From: an uncultured Planctomycetaceae bacterium
Lineage (GTDB): Bacteria > Planctomycetota > Planctomycetia > Isosphaerales > Isosphaeraceae
Assembly (NCBI GenBank): GCA_963833985.1
Contig: CAWIAD010000002.1
Span: 1,632,001 to 1,696,000, forward strand
Direction: 5' to 3'
Length of the DNA: 64,000 nt
The position numbers and the translations under genes are program-made. Below are positions 10,235-19,777 of the stretch, piece after piece (positions within the stretch are counted from its first letter, which is position 1; each line of letters begins with the position of its first letter). The notes under the pieces were generated by a model. That model did not search any database. It was not told the origin of the DNA and saw only the letters and a list, made by a program, of their open reading frames with translations.

Positions 10235-11122
10235 ATGACCCCACTTGTCGCCCTGGTTTCCGGTACCGGCTGGCATGTCGCCGACCTCCTGCGTGCGGCC
10301 CGAACGCTCGATGTCCGGCTCCAGGCCATGCCGTTCGCCGAAGTGTCGGCCCAGATTGGCGGAGCGCGGCAGAAGGTCCTTGCCGGCGGCGTCGAGCTGA
10401 CCGAAGCCGCGGGTGTGCTGGTGCGCATGATGCCGCCGGGGAGCCTGGAGCAGGTGGTTTTCCGGATGGATGCGCTGCACCGCGTGGCGGCAGCCGGCGT
10501 GCCGGTCTGGAACCCTCCCCGGGCCGTGGAGGCGGCCGTTGATAAATACCTGACGCTGGCCTTGCTGGACCAGGCCGGCCTGCCCGTGCCGGCCACCTGG
10601 ACGGGCCAGACCGCCGCCCAGGCGCTCGAGGCCTTCGACCGCCTTGGCGGCGATGTCATCGTCAAACCGCTCTTCGGCTCCGAGGGCAGGGGGCTGATCC
10701 GCCTGAGCGATCGTGAGCTGGCCTGGCGCGCGCTGCACGCGCTGGAGCGCCAGGGCGCGGTACTCTATCTCCAGCGGGTGGTTCGCCATCCGGGGCACGA
10801 CCTGCGCGTCTTCGTGCTGCGGGGACACGTGCTCGCAGCGATGCGCCGGTTTGCCGCGGCCGGGGAGTGGAGGACGAACGTGTCGCTGGGCGGCCGGGCC
10901 GAGGCCGTCGCGCTCGACGCGGAGGCGAGCCGGCTGGCGCTCGCGGCCGCCTTGGCACTTGGTGCGGAACTGGCAGGAGTGGACCTGGTGCAAGACATGG
11001 ACCAGGGGAGCTGGACCGTCCTGGAAGTGAACGCCGTGCCGGGCTGGCGGGCGCTGGCGCGAGTGACGGGAATCGACGTGGCGGCCGCCATTCTTTGCGC
11101 CCTGCGGGACGCCGGCAAATGA
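10235..11122 (+). CDS. RimK-family ATP-grasp glutamate ligase (Orf5-like, C1 coenzyme glutamylation)
   Basis: GSLEQVVFRMDAL, KPLFGSEGRG, DLRVFV, WRTNVSLGG, LEVNAVPGW. Confidence 0.9.
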   Translation: MTPLVALVSGTGWHVADLLRAARTLDVRLQAMPFAEVSAQIGGARQKVLAGGVELTEAAGVLVRMMPPGSLEQVVFRMDALHRVAAAGVPVWNPPRAVEAAVDKYLTLALLDQAGLPVPATWTGQTAAQALEAFDRLGGDVIVKPLFGSEGRGLIRLSDRELAWRALHALERQGAVLYLQRVVRHPGHDLRVFVLRGHVLAAMRRFAAAGEWRTNVSLGGRAEAVALDAEASRLALAAALALGAELAGVDLVQDMDQGSWTVLEVNAVPGWRALARVTGIDVAAAILCALRDAGK

Positions 11123-12030
11123 AAGAGCGGAACCATCCAGACGCGGTGGGCGGTGCGCGGGACTTTCCCCGGGCCGGCTGGCCGAGATGGCCTGCCTGCT
11201 GGAGGCCACGGCGCGGAAGCCGGGCAATGTGCATCGCTTCGCCGATTTCCCGGATCTGCACTATCTCGATTTCCTGCTCAGCGCAACGGCCATCCGCGGT
11301 CCGCTCGACGAGGCCCACGAGCGCGGTATCGGCGCCACCGTGCTTGCCGCCGTGCAGGCGACCCGGGACGTCGTCAGCACCAATACCAACCTCGGCATGA
11401 TCCTTGTGCTCGCACCCCTGGCGGCCGTCCCACGTGGAGCTCGACCTGGCGGCAGGCCTGGAGCGTCTGCTGGAGTCGGCCACGGGTGAGGATGCGGCCC
11501 TGGTCTACCGGGCCATCCGCCTGGCGAACCCTGGAGGCATGGGCCGAGTGGAAGCGCAGGATCTGGCTGCCGAGCCCACGCTCCCACTTCGCGCGGTGAT
11601 GGCTCTGGCGGCTGATCGCGACCTGGTTGCCAGGCAGTACGTCAACGGCTTCCATGAAGTCCTTCAGGAGCTTCTGCCGGCGCTCCGGGGGGCACTGGGC
11701 GCCGGCCTGCCGCTGGAGACCGCGATCATCGCCACCGCGCTGGAGACCCTCGCCCGGCATCCTGATTCGCTCATCGTCCGCAAGGCAGGCCTGGATGCCG
11801 CGATGCGCGTCTCGAGCCAGGCCGCGGAGGTGCTCATAGCAGGATGGCCGGGGACGAGCCTGGGCGAGGATCGCATGCTTGAGCTGGAAGCCGCCCTGAG
11901 GCGTGAGAGTCGCCAGTACAACCCGGGGACGACGGCCGACCTGGTGACCGCGGCCTTGTTCGCCGCCCTGCGTGATGGGACAATTCGCTTACCCCTTGCC
12001 GCCACCTCCGCGCGCTGGTCCGTTCCCTGA
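11119..12030 (+). CDS. CitG-like triphosphoribosyl-dephospho-CoA synthase family protein (Orf7-like), apparent frameshifts near 11150 and 11430
   Basis: ACLLEATARKPGNVH, NTNLGMILVLAPL, PDSLIVRKAG, NPGTTADLVTAALF across overlapping ORFs. Confidence 0.85.
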
Positions 12031-12068
12031 GGCGGCAAGCCGTTCAGACCCTCAGGAGCCTGCCCGCC

Positions 12069-12578
12069 GTGTCCAGTCCGCGTTACAAGGTGAGAGTGAC
12101 CAAGGACTACCTGGTCTTCTGCTCGGGCCATTTCATCACCTATGAAGGCGATCGCTGCGAGCGGCTCCATGGCCACAACTACCGCGCGTTCGTCGAGGTG
12201 GAAGGCGAGCTGGACGAGAACCACTACGTGGTGGACTTCATTGCTCTCAAGGACATGACCCGCGCGATCACCGACGAGCTGGATCACCGCATGCTGCTGC
12301 CGACGCGGAACCCGCTCATCAGCCTGAGCCCGGAGGGTCCGAATTTCCGTGTGACCTACCGCGATCGCCTCTGGAGCTTCCCGCGCGACGAGTGCGTGCT
12401 GCTGCCGATCGCCAACACCACGGCCGAGCTGCTGGCGGACTACATTGCGGGCCGGCTGCGCGAGGCAATGGCCGGCCGCGGCTGGAAGGTGCCCCGCGTC
12501 TTGCGCGTTGAGGTCGAGGAAAGCTTTGGCCAGTCGGCCGAGGTCGAATGGCGCGATGACTCACGGGAATCCGGCTGA
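12069..12578 (+). CDS. 6-pyruvoyl-tetrahydropterin synthase family (QueD/PTPS) protein
   Basis: FCSGHFI, CERLHGHNY, DFIALK, LDH, TTAELLA, VEVEES. Confidence 0.9.
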   Translation: MSSPRYKVRVTKDYLVFCSGHFITYEGDRCERLHGHNYRAFVEVEGELDENHYVVDFIALKDMTRAITDELDHRMLLPTRNPLISLSPEGPNFRVTYRDRLWSFPRDECVLLPIANTTAELLADYIAGRLREAMAGRGWKVPRVLRVEVEESFGQSAEVEWRDDSRESG

Positions 12579-13373
12579 AGTGCCCGCGGATGCCGGCGGG
12601 AAAAGCGAGGCCCGGCGCTCCGTCGAGAGTTCCTCGAGCTCCTTCCTCCCGATCCTGCCATCATGCAGTGCAGACCCAACCAGGACGGCCGCGGCGCCTG
12701 CGGCTTGCAGGGCATTCAGATCGGCCATCGCGGCGATGCCGCCCCCGGCAGAGACTTCCGCCTGGGGGTACGACGCGCGGAGGAACGGCAACCAGTGCTC
12801 CGTGCCGGTGCCTCGGCCCGTTCCCACCCGCGCCAGGTCCAGCAGCAGCACGCGCCGGACACCCAGCTCCAGGACCCTGTGGAGCAATCCGCCAGGGTCG
12901 GCGGCCGGCCAGTCCGCGCCCGGCGGCATGCGTGGAACGCCCTCGAAAAGATCGACGCTGAAAACGAGCCGGTCGGGCCCTGTCCGGTCGAGAACGCGCC
13001 GCACGGCGTCGGGCCCGGCCGCCGTCTCGAGGCCGAGCACGATCGTGAGCTGCGGCAGCCCCTCCAGCACAGCCAGGTCTTGCACGTCGTTCAGGCCAGC
13101 GTCGATCCAGAGCCGCAGATCGAGATCATGGAGCCGGCGATAAAGCCGCAGATCAGGAGGCCGCTTGCTCGCGATCGCATCCAGATCGGCAAGGTAGAGC
13201 TCCACCAGACCAAGCCGTTCTCGAAATGCACGCGCCAGTTCGATCGGGCAGGAGGAGGGGTGCAACCCGCTGCGCACCGGCCGATAATGGGAGCGAATTC
13301 CGCCCACGGCATGCACCGCAACTCCATCCTGAACATCGAGCACCGGAATCACACGCAACGGACATGGGAACAT
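12561..13373 (-). CDS. HisA/HisF-related TIM-barrel protein (Orf17-like)
   Basis: VIPVLDVQDGVAVHAVGG, LYLADLDAI, LLDLARVGTGRG, AGGGI, VLVGSALHDG. Confidence 0.88.
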   Translation of the reverse strand: MFPCPLRVIPVLDVQDGVAVHAVGGIRSHYRPVRSGLHPSSCPIELARAFRERLGLVELYLADLDAIASKRPPDLRLYRRLHDLDLRLWIDAGLNDVQDLAVLEGLPQLTIVLGLETAAGPDAVRRVLDRTGPDRLVFSVDLFEGVPRMPPGADWPAADPGGLLHRVLELGVRRVLLLDLARVGTGRGTGTEHWLPFLRASYPQAEVSAGGGIAAMADLNALQAAGAAAVLVGSALHDGRIGRKELEELSTERRASLFPPASAGTSAGFP

Positions 13374-14442
13374 GGTGTCAGCGGCTCCGCTTTCGATTCT
13401 GGTTCACGAGTGGGTCACGGGGGGCGGCCTGGCCGGCCGCTCGGTGCCGCGGTCGTGGGCCGCGGAGGGCCTGGCCATGCGGCGAGCCATTGCCTCCGAC
13501 TTCGCGGCGCTCCGGGAGCATGGCGTCCGCGTGCAGGTGACCGTCGATCCCCGCTGGCCCGACGATCACAGCCGATGGACGACGCTCACCATGGAACCGG
13601 AAGACCCGCAGGCGCAGCTTGCCCACCTGGCGCGGCAGGCGGATTGTACCGTGCTGATCGCTCCGGAGACGATGGGAGTGCTGGAGTTGCTGGCTGGTGC
13701 TGTCGAAGCCACCGGCACGTGCTGGCTTGGCAGTTCGGCTGCGGCGATCCGGCTCACGGCCGACAAGGCGAAGCTGGCCGCCCGCCTTGCGGCCCGGCAG
13801 GTCCAGACGCCAAGCTGCCGCATCGTCGTGCCTGCCGAGGGGCTGCCCGCGGACGCCGCGTATCCGGCCGTCCTCAAGCCCGTCGACGGCGCGGGGGCGA
13901 TTGATACCTACTTCATCGCTCGGTCCTGCGAGCTGCCGGACGCCGCTCGTGCGCTCCCCATCGCGGTGCTTCAGCCATACTTTCCGGGCGTCGCGATGAG
14001 CGGCAGCTTTCTCGTCGGCGACGGCGGCATCTGCCTGGTTGCCACCGGCCAGCAGGACGTGGTGCGCGAGCTCGGCCGTTTCACCTACCGAGGAGGCACG
14101 ATTCCGGTCCCTTGCCGTGCGGCCGAGCCCATCCTGATCGCGGCGATCGAGGCGGTACCCGGCCTGCGCGGGTTCGTCGGCGTCGATTTTGTGTGGCAAG
14201 AGCAAAGCGGCGCGGCCGCCATCCTGGAGATCAATCCCCGACCCACGACCTCGCTCGTCGGTCTCGTGCATTTGCTGCCGCCTGGGCGCCTCGCCGCGGC
14301 CTGGCTGGCAGCTTGCGGAGTTGCGGGATACGCGTGCGGCCTGCCAGCCCAGCTCGCCAGCCATATCCGGACGGACGCACCGGTGCGGTTCCTTGCCGAT
14401 GGCACGATTTGCGCCCGCGCAGCGCAGGGAACCTGCTCATGA
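13372..14442 (+). CDS. ATP-grasp protein, MfnD-like (methanofuran biosynthesis)
   Basis: HEWVTGGG, AEGLAM, LIAPET, LKPVDGAG, GFVGVD, LEINPRPTTS. Confidence 0.82.
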   Translation: MVSAAPLSILVHEWVTGGGLAGRSVPRSWAAEGLAMRRAIASDFAALREHGVRVQVTVDPRWPDDHSRWTTLTMEPEDPQAQLAHLARQADCTVLIAPETMGVLELLAGAVEATGTCWLGSSAAAIRLTADKAKLAARLAARQVQTPSCRIVVPAEGLPADAAYPAVLKPVDGAGAIDTYFIARSCELPDAARALPIAVLQPYFPGVAMSGSFLVGDGGICLVATGQQDVVRELGRFTYRGGTIPVPCRAAEPILIAAIEAVPGLRGFVGVDFVWQEQSGAAAILEINPRPTTSLVGLVHLLPPGRLAAAWLAACGVAGYACGLPAQLASHIRTDAPVRFLADGTICARAAQGTCS

Positions 14443-15494
14443 CAGCGAGGGCCGTCTCGAAGCAGCGAAGAACCCGCATGCTGGCGCTGGACATCGGTGG
14501 TGCCAATCTGAAGGCGGCACACTCCGATGGCACATGCGTGACCGCAGCGTTCGAGGTCTGGCGGCGTCCGGCGGAGCTCCGCGCGGCGATCGCCGAGCTT
14601 GCGGCCGGGCTCCCTGCCTTTGACCAGGTGGCACTCACGATGACCGCCGAGCTCTGTGATTGTTACCCAACCAGGGACGAGGGGGTCCGAGCGATCCTGG
14701 CGTCCGTGCTTGGCGTCTTCGAGTCCTTCCCCGTCCGGGTCTGGGGCATCGACGGGCGTTTCCACGGGCCGGAAGCGATTCGCCGGCAGCCGTCTCTGGC
14801 GGCCGCGGCCAACTGGCTGGCGCTGGCGACGGTCGCCGCTCGTCATTTCCCCGAGCATCACGGTCTGCTCATTGATGTGGGCTCGACCACGACGGACCTG
14901 ATACCGCTCGCCACGGGGAAGGTGGCCGCCCGGGGCCGGACGGATCCCGATCGCCTGCAATCCGGTGAGCTCGTGTACGCCGGCGTGAAGCGCACGCCGA
15001 TCTGTGCCCTGGCCACCGAGCTTGCGATCGGGCAGGGGCGGCCCATCGGCCTCGCCGCCGAGCTGTTCGCTACGACGCTCGACGTCTTCCTGACGCTGGG
15101 CGATCTCCCTTCTGATCCCTCGGACCGGTCCACGGCCGACGGCCGTGCGGCCACGGTCGAGGCCGCCCGCGCCCGACTGGCGCGGATGATCTGCACCGAT
15201 CGCCAGAGTTTTTCCATCCAGGACGCGCACGCCCTGGCCAGCTCCGCCCAGGAATGTCTCTTGCAGCGCCTCACCGTGGCCGCTCGGCGCGTTTGCGAGG
15301 CGACGATCCCCGCAGTGGGTGTCGTGGTCCTTGCCGGCTCCGGCGAATTCCTCGCGCGGAGGGTCGCGGGGCGCCTGGTGGGAAACGACGGCCTCATCGT
15401 CAGCCTCTCCGGGCGCTGGGGGCCCGCGGGGTCCAGCGCGGCGTGTGCCCGCGCCCTCCTTTCCTTGCTGGACGATTGCGAGCCCGGATTGTGA
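14439..15494 (+). CDS. MfnF/Orf9-like hydantoinase-oxoprolinase family C1-pathway protein
   Basis: LDIGGANLK, TMTAELCDC, AAANWLA, IDVGSTTTDLIP, GELVYAGVKRTP, AELFAT. Confidence 0.88.
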   Translation: MTARAVSKQRRTRMLALDIGGANLKAAHSDGTCVTAAFEVWRRPAELRAAIAELAAGLPAFDQVALTMTAELCDCYPTRDEGVRAILASVLGVFESFPVRVWGIDGRFHGPEAIRRQPSLAAAANWLALATVAARHFPEHHGLLIDVGSTTTDLIPLATGKVAARGRTDPDRLQSGELVYAGVKRTPICALATELAIGQGRPIGLAAELFATTLDVFLTLGDLPSDPSDRSTADGRAATVEAARARLARMICTDRQSFSIQDAHALASSAQECLLQRLTVAARRVCEATIPAVGVVVLAGSGEFLARRVAGRLVGNDGLIVSLSGRWGPAGSSAACARALLSLLDDCEPGL

Positions 15495-16164
15495 ACCCTG
15501 CGGAACCATCACATTCAGCGGTGGTTGGACCGCGCGACCATGGCGGCCTGGTGGTGATCAAGGTCGGCGGAAGCCTGCTGGGCTGGCCCGAGCTGCCAGC
15601 GCGGCTGGCCGCGCTGCTGGATCGCGATGCGGGAGGGGAGGCGCCCTGCGGCGCCTGGCGGTGCTGGTTGCCGGCGGGGGCCCCTTCGCCGACCTGATCC
15701 GGGCGATGGACCGCGTGCATGCGCTCGGCGACCTCGCCGCACACGATCTGGCCATGCGCACGCTCGACATCACGGCGGCGCTGCTGGCTGCGTTGCTGGG
15801 GCGATCCAGGGTCGTGCACCGCGCGGCCGAGATCGAGACCTGCCTGAGCCAGGACCTGGTGCCCGTGGCGTCGCCGGCGCGATTCCTGGAGGAGCTGGAC
15901 GACATCAGCCAGGATCCGCTGCCGGCGAGCTGGGACGTGACCTCCGACTCGATCGCCGCGCGGCTGGCGGATCGCCTTGGCGCCCGCAGGCTGATCCTGC
16001 TGAAAAGCGTCGCTCCGGACGGCGACATGGACCGGCGCCAGGCGGCTCGGCTCGGGCTGGTGGATCCCTTGTTCCCGGTGCTGAGCAGCCGGTTGGATCG
16101 GGTGGAAGTCGTGAACCTGCGTGAATCCGGGGCGGGCATACGACGGCTGACCATAGGATTATGA
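15491..16164 (+). CDS. MfnE/Orf21-like amino-acid-kinase family protein, apparent frameshift near 15640
   Basis: VVIKVGGSLL in one frame, then AGGGPFAD, SWDVTSDSIAA, ILLKS, LVDPLF in another. Confidence 0.85.
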
Positions 16165-16242
16165 CCGACCCGCCGCTATCCTGGACGGCTGGTGGCTTCC
16201 GCAGAGCGGAGCATCCCACGCGTTGCCTCGAGTCCGACAACC

Positions 16243-16551
16243 ATGCCGCAACCCAGGTTGATTTCTCTTGACCGACCCGAGACTCCGGCCTTGCCGATCT
16301 CGGTGCGGCTGCGATCGCAACTGGTTTACTTCATGACGCCGCCCGGCTCGCCCGGCATCCCCGCGCTGGGCGAGAACGAATACTGGGTGGCTCAAGGCGA
16401 TGTCAGCCGCTGGCTGGCCGACGGCGTCCTGCTGCTGGTCTCGCCGCTGGACACCGAGAACTTCACGGAGGTGGAGCTTTCCGAGGAGCAGGAGCAGTTC
16501 CTCGGCTGGCTGGAACGGAACCAGGTGCAGCACATCCGGGTGGCGGAATAG
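16243..16551 (+). CDS. Hypothetical protein
   Basis: Protein-like 102-aa ORF (LVSPLD..EVELSEEQEQFLGWL), co-directional with the cluster. Confidence 0.65.
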   Translation: MPQPRLISLDRPETPALPISVRLRSQLVYFMTPPGSPGIPALGENEYWVAQGDVSRWLADGVLLLVSPLDTENFTEVELSEEQEQFLGWLERNQVQHIRVAE

Positions 16552-16611
16552 CCCATCCGAAGCGGCCGTCCCGCGGGGGACCGTCGCGCCGCGGGTTCCT
16601 CGCGGCTCGGG

Positions 16612-16640
16612 TTGAATGCCAGAGGACTCGGGCCCATAAT
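16612..16640 (+). promoter_or_regulatory. Putative sigma70 promoter of the inositol/UbiA block
   Basis: TTGAAT-17 bp-CATAAT, 130 bp upstream of the inositol-phosphate synthase gene. Confidence 0.55.
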
Positions 16641-16770
16641 GAACTTGCGTCAACAAGGGATGTCCGTGGCGAGGCTGATTTCCCGCCTGCGATCGTGAAC
16701 CGACGAACGCTTCCCGCCTGGTTCCGTGCCCGGATCCCCAAGCACCCCTGCACCATAGGTGGTCCCACGA

Positions 16771-18015
16771 ATGACTCGTCGCCGGGTTGGGCTTTGGCTG
16801 GTCGGAGCGTTCGGAGGTGTGGGGACCACGATCACGCTCGGCCTGGCGGCGCTGGCGCGCGGTCTGACGGACCGCACCGGTCTGGTGACCGCACTGCCGC
16901 CGTTCCGTGATCTTGGCCTGGTGGAACCGGACCAGTTCGTGGTGGGCGGGCATGACATCCGCCGCACCAGCTTTGCGCAGTCCGCGGAGGAGTTTCGCCG
17001 GAATTCAGGGGTCTTCGACCCCGCCTGGATTACCGCCTGCGGGCCCGACCTGGAGACGGCCTCGGCCCGGGTCCAGCCAGGACCGCGGCTCGGCCTCAGC
17101 GCGGTGGTGTCACAGCTGGCGGACTGGCCCGAGCAGAAGCCGGGGAGAACGCCCCGCCAGGCGATCGACGCCATCTCCACGGATCTGCGCCATTTCGTCG
17201 CGTCCGAGTCGATCGACCACCTGATCGTGCTGAACGTCTCCAGCACCGAGCCGCCGTTCCCGCTGGACTCCGCGCACGAGCACTGGGAGACGCTTCAGCC
17301 GAGGCTGGCCGAGGCCCTTTCTTCGCCTCTGGTGCCCTCAAGCACGCTGTACGCCCTGGCGGCGCTCGAGGGTGGGCATTCTTACATCAACTTCACCCCG
17401 AGCCTGGGCGCGTCGTTCCCCGCGGCGTACGAGCTGGCCGAGGCGACCGGCTCCCTGCATGCCGGCAAGGACGGCAAGACCGGCGAGACACTGATGAAGA
17501 CCGTGCTCGCCCCGATGTTCGCGCACCGCAACCTGAAGGTGTCGAGCTGGGTGGGCCACAACATCTTTGGCAATCGCGACGGGCTGGTGCTCGACGACCC
17601 GACCAGCAAGAGTTCCAAGGTGGAGACCAAGGACCGGGTGCTCGCGCAGATCCTCGGCTACAAGCCGTCGTCGATTGTCACCATCGAGTACCTCCCCGAC
17701 ATGGGCGACTGGAAGACCGCCTGGGACCACGTCCATTTCCAGGGCTTTCTGGGCACGCGCATGACCCTCCAGTTCACCTGGCAAGGTTGCGACAGCCTGC
17801 TGGCCGCTCCCCTGGCCATCGACCTGGCGCGGCTTACCGACCTGGAGAAGCAGCGGGGCGGCAGGGGCCTGCTGCGGCACCTCGCCTGCTTTTTCAAGAG
17901 CCCCGAAGGGGATTCGGAGCACGACTTCTTCAAGCAGTATGACCGGCTGATCGACCATTGCACCCGGAATGAAGGGCCACGATGCAGCTCGCGTTCAGCA
18001 CCAACGCCTACCTGA
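16771..18015 (+). CDS. myo-Inositol-1-phosphate synthase
   Basis: GLWLVGAFGGVGTT, INFTPS, GKDGKTGETLMK, NIFGNRDG, DWKTAWDH, GCDSLLAAPLAIDL, FFKSP. Confidence 0.92.
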   Translation: MTRRRVGLWLVGAFGGVGTTITLGLAALARGLTDRTGLVTALPPFRDLGLVEPDQFVVGGHDIRRTSFAQSAEEFRRNSGVFDPAWITACGPDLETASARVQPGPRLGLSAVVSQLADWPEQKPGRTPRQAIDAISTDLRHFVASESIDHLIVLNVSSTEPPFPLDSAHEHWETLQPRLAEALSSPLVPSSTLYALAALEGGHSYINFTPSLGASFPAAYELAEATGSLHAGKDGKTGETLMKTVLAPMFAHRNLKVSSWVGHNIFGNRDGLVLDDPTSKSSKVETKDRVLAQILGYKPSSIVTIEYLPDMGDWKTAWDHVHFQGFLGTRMTLQFTWQGCDSLLAAPLAIDLARLTDLEKQRGGRGLLRHLACFFKSPEGDSEHDFFKQYDRLIDHCTRNEGPRCSSRSAPTPT

Positions 18016-18862
18016 AGCACCCCTTTGACGAGGCGGCCGCGCGGATCGCGGCGATCGGCTATGCGGGGCTGGAGCTCCTGGCCGACGTCCCGCACGCCTG
18101 GCCGGCGGGCTTGCTGGAGGGCCAGAAACGGGACATCACCGCGGCAATGCAGCGGTCGGGACTACGCTTTTCCAATATCAACGCCTTCATGATGAACGCG
18201 GTGGCCGATCATCGCCAGCCTTACTGGCACCCCTCGTTCATCGAGCCGGACGCGCATTACCGCCGCGTTCGCATCGACCACACGCGGCGTGCGCTCTCGC
18301 TCTGCGCCGAGCTCGGTGCGCCGCACATCACCACCGAGCCGGGCGGGCCGCTCTTACCGGGGCAGCCGCGGCAGGCGGCAATCGACCTGTTCGTCGAGGT
18401 GCTCAAGCCGCTGGCCGAGCACGCCGAGCGCTGCGGTGTCGCTCTGCTCATCGAGCCGGAGCCCGGGCTGTTGCTGGAAACGACGGCCCAGTACCTGGAG
18501 GTGGCCGAACGCGTGAACGCGCCGTCGCTCGGGCTCAACTTCGATGTCGGCCACGCGTACTGCGTGAGCGAGGACCTGGCACGCGCGATTGCCCTCCTGG
18601 CCGGCCACATCCGCCACTATCATGTGGAGGACATCGCGGCCACGCGGGTTCATCACCACCTCGTTCCCGGCACCGGCGCCATCGACTTCGCCGCGGTGAT
18701 TGAAGCCATCCGCAACACGGGATACACGGGTTGGCTCACCGTCGAGCTCTATCCGTTCCAGGAAGATCCCGACGCGGCCGCGCGCAGGCGCTCGCGGTCC
18801 TCCAACCTTTGGTCCGTGCCGCGACAGGCGGTGCTCTCGAGGTGGAATCATCGGTTCCCTGA
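17982..18862 (+). CDS. Sugar phosphate isomerase/epimerase (AP endonuclease 2 TIM barrel), probable frameshift near 18785
   Basis: LLIEPEPG, NFDVGH, HYHVED, HLVPGTG, TVELY; end inferred by correcting the frameshift (uncorrected ORF runs to 18917). Confidence 0.85.
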
Positions 18863-19758
18863 TCCCTTTCCTCCAGTTGATCCGCCTCCCCAATGTGCTG
18901 ACGGCCGCGGCCGATAGCCTGGCCGGCTGGCTGCTGGGCGGCGGATCGCTGCGCGCATTCGAGCGCTGGACGCCGCTGGCCGCGGCCTCCATGATCCTCT
19001 ACGCCGCCGGCATGGCACTGAACGATGCATTCGATGCCCGGACCGATGCGCGCGAGCGGCCCGCCCGGCCCATCCCCTCGGGCCGGATCACGCGCCGGCT
19101 GGCGTTTGGTGTGGGAGGAATCGGGCTCATGCTGGGACCGCTGGCTGCCTGGCTTTCCGGCTCGACCGCCAGCCTCGTCGTGGCCGGTGCGCTGGCACTG
19201 GTGATCCTGGCATACGACGCGGGCATGAAGCGTACCCCCCTGGGGCCCCTTTTCATGGGTGGCTGCCGGGGCCTGAACCTGCTGCTGGGGCTGTCGCAAG
19301 TGCCGTCGCTGGGCGGACCCGTCGGCTGGCTGGCGGCCGCCACGTACGGCCTGTTCGTCGCCGGCATCACCTGGGTCAGCCGCTCCGAGACCGAGTCGGG
19401 CCGGACCCGGAACCTGCTCGCCGGCCTGACGGTGCAGAACCTGGCACTGGTGGGGCTGATGGCGGTGGCGCTGCTGCCGCGCAGGTTTCCCAGGCCGGAG
19501 CCGGGACGCCCGCTCATCCCGCTGGAGGGCCTGCTGGCGCTTGTCGTCGTGGCCCTGGTTGTGAACCTCACAGCCATCCCGGCCATTTACCAGCCCGTCC
19601 CGGCACTCATCCAGAAGGTGGTCAAGACCGGCATCCTCAGCCTGGTCTGGATCAACGTCGGCCTGGTGGCCGCAGTGCGCGGACCGGCGCAGGCGGCCGC
19701 CGTCGCCGGGCTCTGGCTACCCGCCTATGTTCTGGGGCGCTGGCTCTACTCCACCTGA
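18847..19758 (+). CDS. UbiA-family prenyltransferase (EboC-like), start uncertain
   Basis: LIRLPNVLTAAAD, GMALNDAFD..D..ERP.RPIPSG, YD, MGGCRGLNLLLG; multiple TM helices. Confidence 0.9.
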   Translation: MIGSLIPFLQLIRLPNVLTAAADSLAGWLLGGGSLRAFERWTPLAAASMILYAAGMALNDAFDARTDARERPARPIPSGRITRRLAFGVGGIGLMLGPLAAWLSGSTASLVVAGALALVILAYDAGMKRTPLGPLFMGGCRGLNLLLGLSQVPSLGGPVGWLAAATYGLFVAGITWVSRSETESGRTRNLLAGLTVQNLALVGLMAVALLPRRFPRPEPGRPLIPLEGLLALVVVALVVNLTAIPAIYQPVPALIQKVVKTGILSLVWINVGLVAAVRGPAQAAAVAGLWLPAYVLGRWLYST

Positions 19759-19777
19759 TGGGTGCCCGGAGGCGCGC

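Noticed and set aside
5307..10244. Long minus-strand ORFs (712 aa and 672 aa) opposite fhcA, fhcC and mch
   Set aside because: Antisense shadows of high-GC coding sequence, with no recognisable motifs
4312..16164. Methanogenesis, or recent transfer from archaea
   Set aside because: H4MPT/MFR C1 genes are long known in Planctomycetes; no mcr/mtr genes here, and composition matches the flanks
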